Positions 1 through 12,445 of a DNA stretch of 64,000 nucleotides are shown here, piece after piece (within the stretch, counting starts at the first letter, position 1; each line of letters starts with the position of its first letter). The notes beneath the pieces were generated by a model, which saw only the letters and a list, made by a program, of their open reading frames with translations, had not been told where the DNA came from and did no database searches. Both the position numbers and the translations under genes were made by a program. The stretch covers positions 28,954,001 through 29,018,000 of the forward strand of contig JBNRSN020000018.1 in the NCBI GenBank assembly GCA_051313645.2, in the 5' to 3' direction. The stretch is from Centroscyllium fabricii (lineage: Eukaryota).

Positions 1-848
1 ATCAAGTTTGCGGATGACACCACGGTGGTTGGCCAGATCACCAACAACGACGAGTCAGCCTACAGGGATGAGATCCAGTGCCTTGTGGGTTGGTGTGCCG
101 ACAACAACCTGGCACTGAACACTAAGAAAACTAAGGAGATCATAGTGGACATCCGGAGGACTGGAAGCAGAAGACACACCCCTATCTTCATCCAAGGGGC
201 TGAGGTGGAAAGGGTGTCCAGCTTCAAGTTCCTCGGGGTCCACATCTCGGAAGATCTCTCCTGGTCACTAAACACCTCCTCTCTGGTCAAGAAGGCCCAA
301 CAGCGCCTGTACTTCCTAAGGAAGCTGAAGAAAGCCAGGCTGTCATCCGGCATCCTCTCCAACTTCTACCGCTGCACAATAGAAAGCATACTGACAAGCT
401 GCATCACTCTCTGGTATGGAAATTGCACTATCTCAGACCGAAAAACCCTGCAGCGGGTAGTCAAAACTGCCCAACGAATCACCGGTACCCAGCTACCGTC
501 AATGGAAAGCATCTACCTCAAACGCTGCTTACGGAGGTCTATGAACATTATTAAAGACCCCACACACCCCAGCCACAGTCTGTTCGCCCCCCTGCCCTCC
601 GGGAGACGCTACAGATCAATTCGCACCCGCACGACTAGATTTCAGAACAGCTTCTTCCCCAGGGCTGTCAGCCTCCTGAACTCTAAAAATAAACTCCGGT
701 ACCTGCACGCCTGATAATGTACTTTACTGTATGCGATTTGCATGTAATTTATTTGCACTACTCTCGGGAGAGTCGAGTCTTCGTCTCGTTGTATTGTACT
801 AGTACTCTGCAATGACAATAAAACTTGACTTGAATTGAATTGAATTGA
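1..848 (+). mobile_element. Rex1/Babar-type LINE, 3' portion (RT C-terminus ORF 25-714, 3' UTR, (TTGAA)n tail)
   Basis: IKFADDTTVVG RT motif at window start; LNTKKTKEIIVD, FKFLGVHISEDLSW and RFQNSFFPRAV C-terminal motifs; AATAAA then TTGAA repeats ending ~848; near-identical to six other copies in the window. Confidence 0.9.
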
Positions 849-849
849 G

Positions 850-1992
850 ATGGGAGTGGTGTCCTGCTGCATTACATTGGCATGGCACAGAGACACTGAC
901 AGAGACGCTGACAGCGAGCACCAGTCATGGCCAGGCGCAGGAGGCCAGAAAGGCGTGCGCGCAGGAGACCTTACCGTTGCAGGGTTTTTGGATAGCAGTA
1001 CTCATACATGAATATGTCTGAGGAGCAGTGTCTGCATAGGATGCAGTTCAGGAAGGAGGTGGTGATGGAACTCTGCCAACTGGTTCAGCCAGACCTGCAG
1101 CCTCACCAGAGGACCAGGACTTCTCTGTCGGTGGCAGTCAACGTAACTGTGGTTCTCAGCTTTTATGCCACTGGCTCATTTCAGGCAGGTACTGAGGACA
1201 TATCTAACATCTCGCAGTTTGTGGTGCATTGCTCCATCCGTCAGGTCACAGAAGCCCTATACAGAAGAGGCAACAGTATATATCGTTCCCCATGGCCCCG
1301 GACAAGCAGCAGGAACATGATGAGGGGTTTGCCTATGTGCAGGGCTTCCCCATGGGGCAGGGCACCATTGACTACACGCATGTAGCTTTGCGGGCGCCGT
1401 ATCGCAATGCTGAACAAAACCGCAACAGAAAGGGCTTCCATTCCCTAAATGTCCAGCTGGTGTGTGACCACCGACAGCTGAGCCTCGCTGTGAATGCCCA
1501 CTGTCCAGGCAGCAGCCATGATGCCTTCATACTGCGCCAGACTACTGTGGCAGACCTCTTCCAGAATCACCCAGCTGGATGGCTTCTTGGGGACAAGGGA
1601 TATGCTCTGACCCCCTGGCTGATGACCCCGCTCCAAGCACCCCAAACCCCTGCTGGGGTTCGATACAATGAGAACCATCAATGACTAGGAACCTCATTGA
1701 GCAGACAATTGGCGTGCTCAAACAATGGTTCCGCTGTCTGGACCATTCTGTAGGAGCCCTCCAGTATGTGCTTGACCGAGTCTCCTGCTTCATTGTTATC
1801 TGCTGCATGCTGCACAACCTGGTAATCCTCAGGACCCAGCCACTACCGCCAGACATTGTTGCAGCACCAGAGGATGAGGAGGAGGAAGATGAGGAGGAGG
1901 AAGATGAGACGCATCAGCAGCAGCTCCAACGCAGGAGGTGTGCGGAAACTGGAAGGGCTGTTTGTCAGAGGCTCATAGACAGCCGCTTCTAG
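850..1992 (+). pseudogene. PIF/Harbinger (HARBI1-like) DDE transposase, frameshifted
   Basis: ORFs 1008-1385, 1229-1684 and 1681-1992 join into [69 protein letters not shown], then an acidic tail; ATG at 850. Confidence 0.88.
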
Positions 1993-2343
1993 GTTCCTGC
2001 TGATGAAAAGAGGTCTGCCCTTAAGAATGTCCTGACTGAGACCAACCCCCTACCATTAAGCCAGTCAAGGTATTAATGATGGCAAACAGGAACCATAAAC
2101 ATTTTCATTAAAAGAACTGTTTATTGTACAAAAACTGCCCCAACAACAACGCCCCAAAAGAATTGTAAACATAACTGGCAATGCGCCCCAACAACAACTC
2201 ACAAAAGAATTATGAACATAACTGGCTGTCAAAGCCAACAACAACCCCCCCCCCCCGCCCAAAACTATGGTCAACATAACTAGCCACGAACCTTGGCCTT
2301 TCAAAACACGTCACTGGTGTCTGTGACGTCAACCAGATACTTC

Positions 2344-5202
2344 TTAGCCTCTGATGAGCTCCTGCCCTTCAGCCATTCCCCCCGCCCCCCCAATGCTCCT
2401 CCTTAATGTCACCCCAGTGGGTGCATTAATGCTGGTGGAAGGCTGCGGGGTGTCTGAATTTGACACTGCCACAGCCTTCGAAGGTCGGCCTCGACCAGCT
2501 CTGGGCTCAGAGGGCCCAGCTTCAGACTGCTCCACCTCTGAATGGGCGGCACCAGTCTGGTGTACGGGCGGGGCCAACAGCAGTGGAGAAGTGGGACTGC
2601 TGGCAGCAGCAATTCTGCCCTGGTGCGAGAGGCTAGCACCTCCCTGTTCCACCAATGCAGTCTCACTCCCAGGGGCCCGCGCCTCATCTTCCCCAGCAAT
2701 CTGCTGGAGCACAGATTGCTGGCTTGCTGTGGTGCGTTCAGAACCCAGGATAATGGTGTCCGAAGACAGGACGGCACCAGTCAGCTGACGCATGGCATCA
2801 GTAAGTGGCTGCACAGCAGGACCCACTGACTGCACTGCATCAGTGAGCATCTGTGACGCTTCTGCCTGCACTGCTGCGCAGTGCTCGACACTTTGTGCCA
2901 TGTCCTGCATGGCTTCGGGCAATCCCCCCACCGCCTGCATGAGCTCATTTTGCCGCTGCCCTGCCTTGGCTCACATTTGTGAGAGGACCCGCTCGTCCTC
3001 CGCGGTCAGGCCATCAGGGATCGATGACCCACTCTCCTTCCGGGCAACACGCTTTGGAGCTGCCCTCCCCCCACTCCGTTGCTGCACCCCGCTGGGGCCT
3101 GAACCACCCTGCATGTCCCACCACTCCTCGCTCTCCTCTGTGGATGGCGCCCTCCCCCTGTCGCCATCGCCTTCATCGGCAGATAGTGGCCGTCCTGCTC
3201 CTTCTTCCTCTTCCTCCTCCTGGCCTTCCGACGGCGTCTCCTGCGAAGGTTGAGGGGCCGCCTCCTCAGCTGATGATTGACCGTCTGAAACAACAGAGGT
3301 ACAAGAGTCGGTTTAGCGTGAGGACAAGGTGGCAGCGTGAGGACAATGTGGCAGCGTGAGGACAAGGTGGCAGCGTGAGGACAAGATGGCAGAGTGAGGA
3401 CAAGATGGCAGAGTGAGGACAAGATGGCAGAGTGAGGACAAGATGGCAGAGTGAGGACAAGGTGGAGAGTGAGGACAAGATGGCAGCGTGAGGACAAGGT
3501 GGAGAGTGAGGACAAGGTAGCAGCGTGAGGACAAGGTGGAGAGTGAGGACAAGGTGGAGAGTGAGGACAAGGTGGAGAGTGAGGACAAGGTAGCAGCGTG
3601 AGGACAAGGTGGAGAGTGAGGACAAGGTAGCAGCGTGAGGACAAGGTGGAGAGTGAGGACAAGATGGCAGCATGAGGACAAGGTAGCAGCATGAGGACAA
3701 GGTGGAGAGTGAGGACAAGGTGGAGAGTGAGGACAAGGTGGAGAGTGAGGACAAGGTAGCAGCGTGAGGACAAGGTGGAGAGTGAGGACAAGGTAGTAGA
3801 GTGAGGACAAGGTGGAGAGTGAGGACAAGATGGCAGCGTGAGGACAAGGTGGCAGCATGAGAGCAAGCTGGCAGAGTGAGGACAAGATGGCAGAGTGAGG
3901 ACAAGGTGGAGAGTGAGGACAAGGTAGCAGCGTGAGGACAAGGTGGAGAGTGAGGACAAGATGGCAGAGTGAGGACAAGGTGGAGAGTGAGGACAAGATG
4001 GCAGAGTGAGGACAAGGTGGAGAGTGAGGACAAGATGGCAGAGTGAGGACAAGGTGGAGAGTGAGGACAAGGTGGAGAGTGAGGACAAGGTGGCAGAGTG
4101 AGGACAAGATGGCAGAGTGAGGACAAGGTGGCAGAGTGAGGACATGGTGGCAGCGTGAGGACAAGGTGGAGAGTGAGGACAAGGTGGAGAGTGAGGACAA
4201 GGTGGCAGAGTGAGGACATAGTGGCAGCGTGAGGACAAGGTGGAGAGTGAGGACAAGGTGGCAGAGTGAGGACAAGGTGGAGAGTTAGGACAAGGTGGCA
4301 GAGTGAGGACAAGCTGACAGAGTGAGGACATGGTGGCAGCGTGAGGACAAGGTGGCAGAGTGAGGACAAGGTGGCAGAGTGAGGACAAGCTGGCAGAGTG
4401 AGGACAAGATGGCAGCGTGAAGACAAGGTAGCAGCAAGGGAGCAATGAGTGCAGGCACCGACTTCTTTGGATGGAAAGTGCCAAAGGCAGCTGTTGTGAG
4501 GAGCAAGAGGAAGGAGAGAGGAGAGGAAGGTCATGAACTCACCACTGCTGCCCAGAACGGGGTCGGCATCTCCTGAGCCAACAGGAGCACTCAGGCGGTT
4601 GCCCATTATCCTCTGTACACGCACTTCCAGGGGACTCAGCTCCACCAGATCAGGTGGACCGCCACCCATGCAGTCCTGCTCACATCGGTTGTGAGCCAGT
4701 TTCGCCTGCAAGGAAAAGGACAGAGTCTGAGTTACAAGACAGCAAGTTTTTCATCTGAAGTGCATGCCATGGGTGAATAGCCCTTACTGCATGCAAACTG
4801 TCTTTCAGGAAAAGCCTATGCAAAACCCTGGAGCAACAGGCTGATCAAGGACAGTGACCCTGAGGGACATTAGATTCTGGCTGAGTGTTCTGCATTGGGG
4901 GTTTAGAACCCTCTGGCCATACAGTTACGTTGAGATGGAGAGATACACAAAAATACACTCACCCTGACACCCCTAGTGAGGTCGTTGAATTTTTTTCAGC
5001 ACTGATAGAGGGTCCTGGGCACCACGCTGTGGCTGCTGACATGGTGAGTCACCTCCCTCCACAGTTGCCTGCGCTCCTGTGGCACAGGTTTCCTGCCACT
5101 TGCAGCAAACAAAATGGCTCTGCGGGCCTCCACTATAGTGAGCAGGGCCTTCAAGGCCCTGTCACTAAATCTTTCAGCCCTTTCTCTTGGACGGCTCTCC
5201 AT
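2344..5202 (-). pseudogene. Harbinger ORF2 Myb/SANT-like DNA-binding protein, 3 exons (~5202-4963, 4705-4543, 3284-2344)
   Basis: Exon 1 RAERFSDRALKALL...LWREV...RTLYQC*KKFNDL (Myb/SANT trihelix, in-frame stop); exon 2 GGGPPDLVELSPLE; GTGAGT donors and CAG acceptors; convergent to the transposase as is typical of Harbingers. Confidence 0.8.
3316..4435. repeat. Minisatellite of mixed 18/21-bp units (GTGAGGACAAGGTGGAGA / GTGAGGACAAGRTGGCAGMGT-type) in intron 2 of the Harbinger Myb gene
   Basis: Directly visible tandem units; unit lengths divisible by 3 explain the long repetitive ORFs. Confidence 0.95.
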
Positions 5203-5494
5203 TTTCTCCAGGTTGGGGCACAGGTGTGGCCACAGCAGCAGCCTGAGAGGAAGTTAGCAGGGTGTGCCTGGAATCGGAGGAAGACCCTCCCCCTTTAAGA
5301 GCTGACCAGCGCCAGCGTGTCTGGCCAGCCGTTGACTGACAGATGAAGCACTGCGTCCGCGCTGCACCCGCGCTTGCCGCTAGTGCCTGAGTTTTCGCCG
5401 TTTGCACCCTAAGAGTGTCGTGCAATGCCTGATTTAGTGCTCAAATGCAAGAAGTCACACAACACCAGATTATAGTCCAACAGTTTTATTTTAA

Positions 5495-5536
5495 ATCACA
5501 AGCTTTCGGAGCTTCTGCCCCTTCGTCAGGTGAAAG
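5495..5536 (-). ncRNA. Minimal type I hammerhead ribozyme motif in PLE pseudo-LTR
   Basis: Minus strand reads TTCAC-CTGACGA-A-GGGGC-AGAA-GCTCC-GAAA-GCTT-GTGA: core CUGANGA and GAAA, stem II, palindromic AGCT stem III, stem I TCAC/GTGA. Confidence 0.75.
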
Positions 5537-6087
5537 AGACCAGTCGGGGAACATTTCAGCGGTCAAGGACATTCAGCTTCCGATCGTCGGGTGAGCATTC
5601 TCCAGGGTGGCCTTCGAATTACACGACAACGCAAAATCGTCGAGCAGAGGCTGATAGCCAAGTTCCGCACCCATGAGCATGGCCTCAACCGTGATATTGG
5701 GTTTATGGCACGCTACATGTGACCCCGCCTGACGTAGAGTCATCCAGACTTGAACCATCTTTGGCTTGTTCTGCGATTTTAAGTAAGAAAAATCCTGGTT
5801 TTAAAAAAATCATGATGTGGGATTTAAAGCAGACTAACATTTGACCCTTTGTGACTGCAACCTTTGATATGTTGGAAAACCTTTGATTGCTTTGATGTCC
5901 CTCAGCTGAGGTGTGATGTGAAACAACTGGAGAGACCACATTGTTATCTCTCTCTATATATGCTATGTTTAAATGAAACACTTAAAATATGTTAATAAGC
6001 CTTTGTGTGTCTAGCTCTACTGAGGTGAGATGTGGGAGATATCAGATTTCTCTCTTCATCACACATGTGCGTTCTTTAAGTCAGTCT

Positions 6088-6130
6088 CTTTCACCTGACG
6101 AAGGGGCAGAAGCTCCAAAAGCTTGTGATT
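6088..6130 (+). ncRNA. Hammerhead ribozyme motif, core-mutated copy (GAAA to AAAA)
   Basis: TTTCACCTGACGAAGGGGCAGAAGCTCCAAAAGCTTGTGA. Confidence 0.6.
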
Positions 6131-6966
6131 TAAAATAAAACTGTTGGACTATAATCTGGTGTTGTGTGACTTCTTGCATTTGTCCACCCCAGTCCAACAC
6201 CGGCACCTCCACATTATGGCTACAGTCAATTTCAGGGGTTACCTTTATGTCTGTATATATTGCTTCACATCACACTTTGGAACAACAGAAAGCGAACACT
6301 CTCTAACGCAGCTACAATTCAAAAACTGAGTGAGTTAAACGTAGATTGCCCACAAAAATACTAATGATATCATCATGGAGTTCAAATCCTCTCCGAGACA
6401 GATGGGATTAAAGCTGTCTCTCTAACAGCTGATAAGGGTCCAAAGAGAAATGAGTTTGAACAGCTTCAATACGCACTCCATGACGGCTGGGCAAAATCCG
6501 CGATTCTGATTGACTAGGCAGCACTTAGTAATTTCTGGCAGAGGCATTTTAACAACTGAGTCAAAATTATTTTACTCTCAATGTAAGGGAGCGGGGTCAA
6601 GAGAGTAACAATCCAAGAACAAAACTCAGAAAATCGCTGGTCCTAAAATACATGCAAAAGCAGTTAATCTGACCTGTAGCTATTAGCTCATCCTGTCGTA
6701 GGATTACAAGCATCTCAAGCTGTCACCGAATGCACAATGGAGAGACGTTTCACTCCCTAGCACTGAGTAAGTGCAACGCTGGAACAGATGAGACTCAGAG
6801 CTGATTTACATCGTGCCTTTTGTTGCTTGGTCTTGTGGCGTAAACAGCTGTGTTTTTTTCCCCAGTAAGCAGCCTTGCTCCTTCATCGCATCCCAGTGCC
6901 AGGTACCAACCCGAGGGCAGCAAATGCTCTCTGGCCTTTTCCACTGTAGCCTGGCGCTCGATTGTG

Positions 6967-7489
6967 TACAATTCAATCCAATTCAATTCAAGTTTTATTG
7001 TCATTGCAGAGTACTAGTACAATACAACGAGACGAAGACTCGACTCTCCCGAGAGTAGTGCAAATAAAATAAATAAATTACATGCAAATTGCATACAGTA
7101 AAGTACATTATCAGGCATGCAGGTGCCGGAGTTTCTTTTTAGAGTTCAGGAGGCTGACAGCCCTGGGGAAGAAGCTGTTCTGAAATCTAGTCGTGCGGGT
7201 GCGAATTGCTCTGTAGCGTCTCCCGGAGGGCAGGGGGGCGAACAGACTGTGGCTGGGGTGTGTGGGGTCTTTAATAATGTTCAGAGACCTCCGTAAGCAG
7301 CGTTTGAGGTAGATGCTTTCCATTGACGGTAGCTGTGTACCGGTAATTCGTTGGGCAGTTTTGACTACCCGCTGCAGGGTTTTCCGGTCCAAGATAGTGC
7401 AATTACCATACCAGACAGTGATGCAGCTTGTCAGTATGCTTTCTATTGTGCAGCGGTAGAAGTTGGAGAGGATGCCGGATGACAGCCTG
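6967..7489 (-). mobile_element. Rex1/Babar LINE 3' fragment
   Basis: (AATTC)n tail at ~6970-6991; ORF 7111-7392 matches the C-terminus of the first copy. Confidence 0.9.
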
Positions 7490-7764
7490 ATACAAGAGCG
7501 GCCCAGGGTAATTACTCCTCCAATTTTCCCTCCCGCAGTTGGGACTGGTTTTAAAAAATCATGTGGGGGGGGGGTGGGGGGGCGGGGGTGTGGGTGGCAT
7601 CATGACTTTGAACTTTGAATTCTTGTCCTATTACTTTGTGGAAAAGTGCACTGCAATGTCAAGGTGCTGTGACATCAGCCTCTCACTGTTAATTGCCTCC
7701 AAACATCAAATATTATTGCAATAGGTCTGATAGATTTATTCAGCCAAAGAAAGCTGACATTAGA

Positions 7765-9136
7765 AATAACAACAGAAAATGCTGGAAAAACTTCAGTTTA
7801 GGCAACATCCGTGAAGAGAGAAATAAGAGTCAACGTTTTGGGTCGGGACCTTTTATCAAAACTGAAATTAACACGGGGAAATGCGAGGTGATACACTTCG
7901 GTAGGGCAAATAGGAATAGGGAATATAGGGTCAACGGCAGGGTCCTGAGCGAAGCAGAGGAGCAAAGGGATCTGGGAGTATATGTACACAGATCATTGAA
8001 GGCTGCCACCCAGGTGGATAAGGCAGTAAAAAAGGCCTACGGTGTATTGGCTTTCATCAACAGGGGAATAGAGTTTAAGAACCGGGAGGTCATGCTACAG
8101 CTGTACAGGTCACTGGTGAGACCACACTTGGAGTACTGTGTGCAGTTCTGGGCACCGTACTACAGGAGGGATGTGGAGGCGTTGGAGAGGGTACAGAGGA
8201 GATTCACCAGGATGCTGCCGGGAATGGGGGGAAAGTCGTACGAGGAGAGGTTGAGGGAGCTGGGACTCTTCTCCCTGGAACGGAGAAGGAAGAGGGGGGA
8301 CTTAATAGAGATGTTCAAGATGATGAAGGGGATCGATAGAGTAAACGTGCAGAGACTGTTTCCCCGGGTGGGAAGAACGACAACAAGAGGGCACGAACAC
8401 AAGATTCAAGGAGGAAGATTCAGAAGGGATGGCAGGGGCAAGTTCTTTACACAGAGAGTGGTCGGGGAGTGGAATAGGCTACCATCTGAAATAGTGGATG
8501 CGGACAGTCGGGGAGCTTTTAAAAGGATGATAGATAGGTACATGGAGGGGAAGGAAGAGTAGGGGGGACATGAAAAATCAGAGACGGACTAAGCGTGGCA
8601 CTACATTGAGGGCCCAAGGGCCTGTACAGTGCTGTATAATCTATGTTCTATGTTCTATGTTAAACATATAAGAAGGACAGAAGCGGCCTGTGAGAGAACA
8701 AAGGGTGAGGAGAGACATTAAGAGTTATTCAAAATGAGACGAGGTGGTAACAGGTCAGAAGACAGCTCTAGATTAGGTGTGAAATGCGCTAGCATAATGG
8801 GAGGCAGCTGCCATGTGGGGGAGAGAAAAAAAGGGGGGGCGGGGGAGGGCCGAGGCAAAGGTGTGGATACTTTTTTAAGAAAGGTTATGATCTGAAATTG
8901 TTGAACTCGATATCGAGTCCGGAGGGCTGTGAAGTGCCTAATCGGAAGATGAGGTGCTGTTCCTCGAGCTTACGCTGAGCTTCTGTGGAACAATGTAAGA
9001 GCCCGAGGACGGTGCAGTCTGAGTGGGAATGGGGTGGTGAATTAAAGTGATAGGCGACCGGAAGTTCAGGGTCACCCTTACGGACTGAACAGAGGTGTTC
9101 CACAAAGCGGTCACCCAATCTACGTTTGGTCTCCAT
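7765..9136 (-). mobile_element. Penelope-like element (second family), interrupted by a CR1; GIY-YIG C-terminus ORF 8885-9136
   Basis: ETKRRLGDRFVEH...PVAYHFN...RKLEEQHLIFRLGTSQPSGLDIEF is the GIY-YIG C-terminus; decayed hammerhead-like segment at ~7828-7864. Confidence 0.75.
7869..8661 (+). mobile_element. CR1 LINE 3' fragment (ORF2 C-terminus to 8562, (TTCTATG)n tail)
   Basis: KCEVIHFG, LYRSLVRPHLEYCVQFWAP, LFSLERRRKRGDLIE, FFTQRVVGEWNRLP; nearly identical to 37549-38532. Confidence 0.92.
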
Positions 9137-12100
9137 TAGGTTGATAATGATATAGTGGTTCTAATATTAGCCCCAAAAAAACAATTTTATCTCCATGCGA
9201 GTTTCAGGTGCGCTGGGGTGAGAGTAAAACACACTCGCTGGAGAAAATTTGAGACCCGGGCTATTTCAACTCCTGGCATGAACGGGTGGTAAATGAGCGG
9301 GAAGCTTCTGCCAGCAAGCGACCCGTGGCCATCTGCTGACATGAAGGCAGGTGTGGGGAAGGGGATCTCGTGGGAGAGTTGGTAGGTGTAGGGGGCGGGG
9401 GAGGGAGGGGGGCTAGGGAGGGTAGGGGGTGGCGTGCGGAGCAAAGGAGGCCTCAAATTTCATTGTGGGGCCCAGAGGAGCATTTCCTGTTACCTCTTAG
9501 GGTCTCTTTGGCAGGTTCGCGACTCCATTCAACCTGGAGACTTCCTTGCTCGGGCCCGAGTTATAATTGCAGTCGGGGCCTGATGACATCATCGGACTCC
9601 AATCTGTATATGTAAAAAAGGACCCTGCCTGCTTAGCTGCCCAGCCAAAAGCCTGAGTAAAAATCGCTATCGGTGGGATCCGGGAGGCTTTGTGGCAGTT
9701 AAGTAACCCGAGGGCGGCAGGGGGCATTTTAATTGTAGGTTGGAATTCCCCACCAAAATAGTGCGAATTAAGCCAGTAACATTAGGACCATGAATGCCAA
9801 GCAGAAAGCATGAACAGGCAGACAGGAGCATGCAAGACGTGAAGTAAGTTTTAGGAAATCTGCCACGATAAAAGACTCATGGTAGAATCTCACATATTGG
9901 CCCCTTGCACATTATCATTTAATTGATCTCAGTCGCCGCTAGTGTAGTGGTGGTAGGTTACTTAACAGGTCGCGTTCAAGGAAGCATTGTGTTAGCTTGG
10001 CGCATGAATATTTTGCCTTTTTATGCTTTTTGAAAGGTCTTATATCTCGTGTCATTAGGAGATTGACATCTGTCTCACTGCACACAAAAGGAATGAAGCA
10101 ATTTTGGAAAGCAGAAATGTTCTTCTCAACAGAGTTCATAACGTAAGTGTTTACAAAGTGAACTTGCTCTGATGGGGCATAGACTTTGGAGCAACACAGC
10201 ATGGAAATGGCCAAAGTTCTGTAATGAGCAGAAAGAGGTCTGTCCTTCACCAGAGAGGTAGTGATGATGGGCTAAAAACAGAAAATGATGGAAATGCTTA
10301 GAAATACCAGAAAGGTTATTGCAATGATATCAGCAAATAGTGATCGTATTTGCCTGTTTGATTATCCATGCCTCACCAGCAGAGGGATCATAGTTGCCTG
10401 TTTGATTATCTACGCCTGGCCAGCAGAGGGCATGTGACAAGAAGCAAGTTAGTTTAGCTGCTGTGTAAGATTGATCTCCAAGATGGAGTCTACCTGTAAG
10501 CCTCATGTAAAGCAGTAAGTTACTTGAACATACTTTAGATTAAACAACATTATCCTTCATAAATGTGTTGTCATTGAACCCACATAGAAAACAATACATG
10601 GTGTCAGAAGTGATTTAAGAAAATTAAGAGGAAAAATCTGAAATTAACAACTAGTTGTGGCAAGTAAACTACCCAGCAAAATCAGCTCTCCACATATTAG
10701 CAAGCAAAAAGAGAACATTGTTACTTACCTTTGGAGAATAGCTAACAAAGTGAAAAATGGAAGGGTTACACCCACCGGCGAAACTTCAGTTGACAGGTAA
10801 TGTGGCTGAAAATTGGAACAGGTTCAAACAAAATTTTGAGTTGTATTTAGCGGCAATCAGAGCTGATGAGAAAAGTGATAAAATGAAAGCGTCAGTGTTC
10901 TTACATGTCGTGGGTGATGAAGCGCTGGAGGTGTATAATAACCTCACATTCGCTGCTGATGGAGACAAAATGAAGTTGTATAAAATAATGGAACAGTTTG
11001 AGGCATACTGCATACCTAAACATAACATGATGTTTGAGAGGCACAGAGTTTTCACATGTGTACAGAAAACAGGAGAAACTATTGATCAGTATGTGACTGA
11101 ACTGAGAAACAGAAGCAAAAAGTGTGAATTGGATGGACTGACAGACTCACTGATAAAAGACAGACTTGTGTGCGGTATTCCAAATAATAGTCTAAGGGAT
11201 AGACTGCTAAGAGAGCAAAATCTAGACCTGGGAAAAGCTATAGCACTCTGTAGGGCTACAGAGACTGTGAAGTTGCAGGCAAAGGAGCTGTTCAGTGACA
11301 GTAGCTGCAACGTGGATGCAGTGAGAAAGAACGGACACAAACCGTTTAACAAAAAGAGCACCAACATCAACAAAGAGGCGTGGCCAGTGAACAAAAGTGG
11401 AAGGGGCAATCGAAAGCCATGCAGTCGATGTGGTACACAACACCTACCAAAAAAGTGTCCAGCATATGGTAAAACATGCAATATGTGCAACAAAAACAAC
11501 CATTATGCCCATTGCTGTAAGAACCAAGCGCAACAAAGCAAGGTCCATGCAGTAGATTAAAGGGAGATAGAGGAGTTCTATGTGAACGTTGTGTCTGAAA
11601 ACAAAAAAGAAAAAAGAGACTGGATGTTGACATTAAAAGTGAATGACATACACATTTCATTTAAATTGGATACTGGAGCACAAATTAATGTGATATCAGA
11701 GACTGATTTTAAGAAAATTAGACCCAAACCAAAGATATATGCAACAAAACTGAAAGTGACATGATACTCAGGTACTGATATACCAGTGCAAGGAAAATGC
11801 ATTGTCAAAGTGACACACAAGGACAGAGAGCACATGCTAGCATTCATCGTGGTGCCAAAGGATGTGCAGGTCATACTAGGCTTAATAGCCTGTGAGAGGC
11901 TGAACCTGGTAAAGAGAGTCGTCTTTGTGGAAAGCGAAGGAGAGACAGTCTATGATGAACTCATGAAAGAGTACAACGACCTATTTCAGGGTCTAGGCTG
12001 CCTTCCAGGAGAATACACGATCGGAGTGGATAAAAGTGTGCCACCGATAATACATCCATGCAGAAAAGTTCCGTTTTCTCTTCAAAAGCAACTGAAGGCA

Positions 12101-12445
12101 GAGTTGGACAGGATGGAAAGCCTGAACGTGATTCAGAAGATAGATGAGCCAACTGAGTGGATGAGTTCCCTCGTCATTGTGGACAAAAAGAATGGAAAGC
12201 TCAGAATTTGCCTGGATCCAAGAGATCTAAACAGAGCAATAAAGAGAGAGCACTTCAAGCTTCCGGCACGTGAGGAAATCATGTCACAGTTTGCAAATGC
12301 AAAGTATTTCAGCAAGTTAGATGCATCATCAGGATTTGGGCAGTTGAAACTGGATGAAGCAAGTTCAAGGCTTTGCACGTTCAATAGTCCATTTGGCAGA
12401 TACAGATTCCTAAGGTTACCATTTGGCATTGTCTCAGCTCCTGAA

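Larger units (their letters stand above)
5443..6218 (+). mobile_element. Penelope-like element, 5'-truncated with inverted pseudo-LTR; GIY-YIG C-terminus at 5540-5722
   Basis: 5443-5539 is the reverse complement of ~6084-6180; 5540-5722 translates PVGEHFSGQGHSASD...EQRLIAKFRTHEHGLNRD; homologous to 60178-60883. Confidence 0.88.

Noticed and set aside
850-1992. Host HARBI1 gene
   Set aside because: Frameshifted, paired with a Myb ORF and present as two divergent copies, so a transposon rather than the domesticated gene.
3006-4711. Long ORFs of 320-492 aa on the - strand
   Set aside because: Produced by the 18/21-bp minisatellite; only ~4543-4705 is a plausible exon.
9165-9775. Possible MITE (similar blocks at ~47120-47395 and from 63390 to the window end)
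   Set aside because: TIR pair and TSD could not be resolved.
11558-11560. Gag stop followed by in-frame pol (possible readthrough)
   Set aside because: The element has other in-frame stops (11762, 14977), so it is probably decay.
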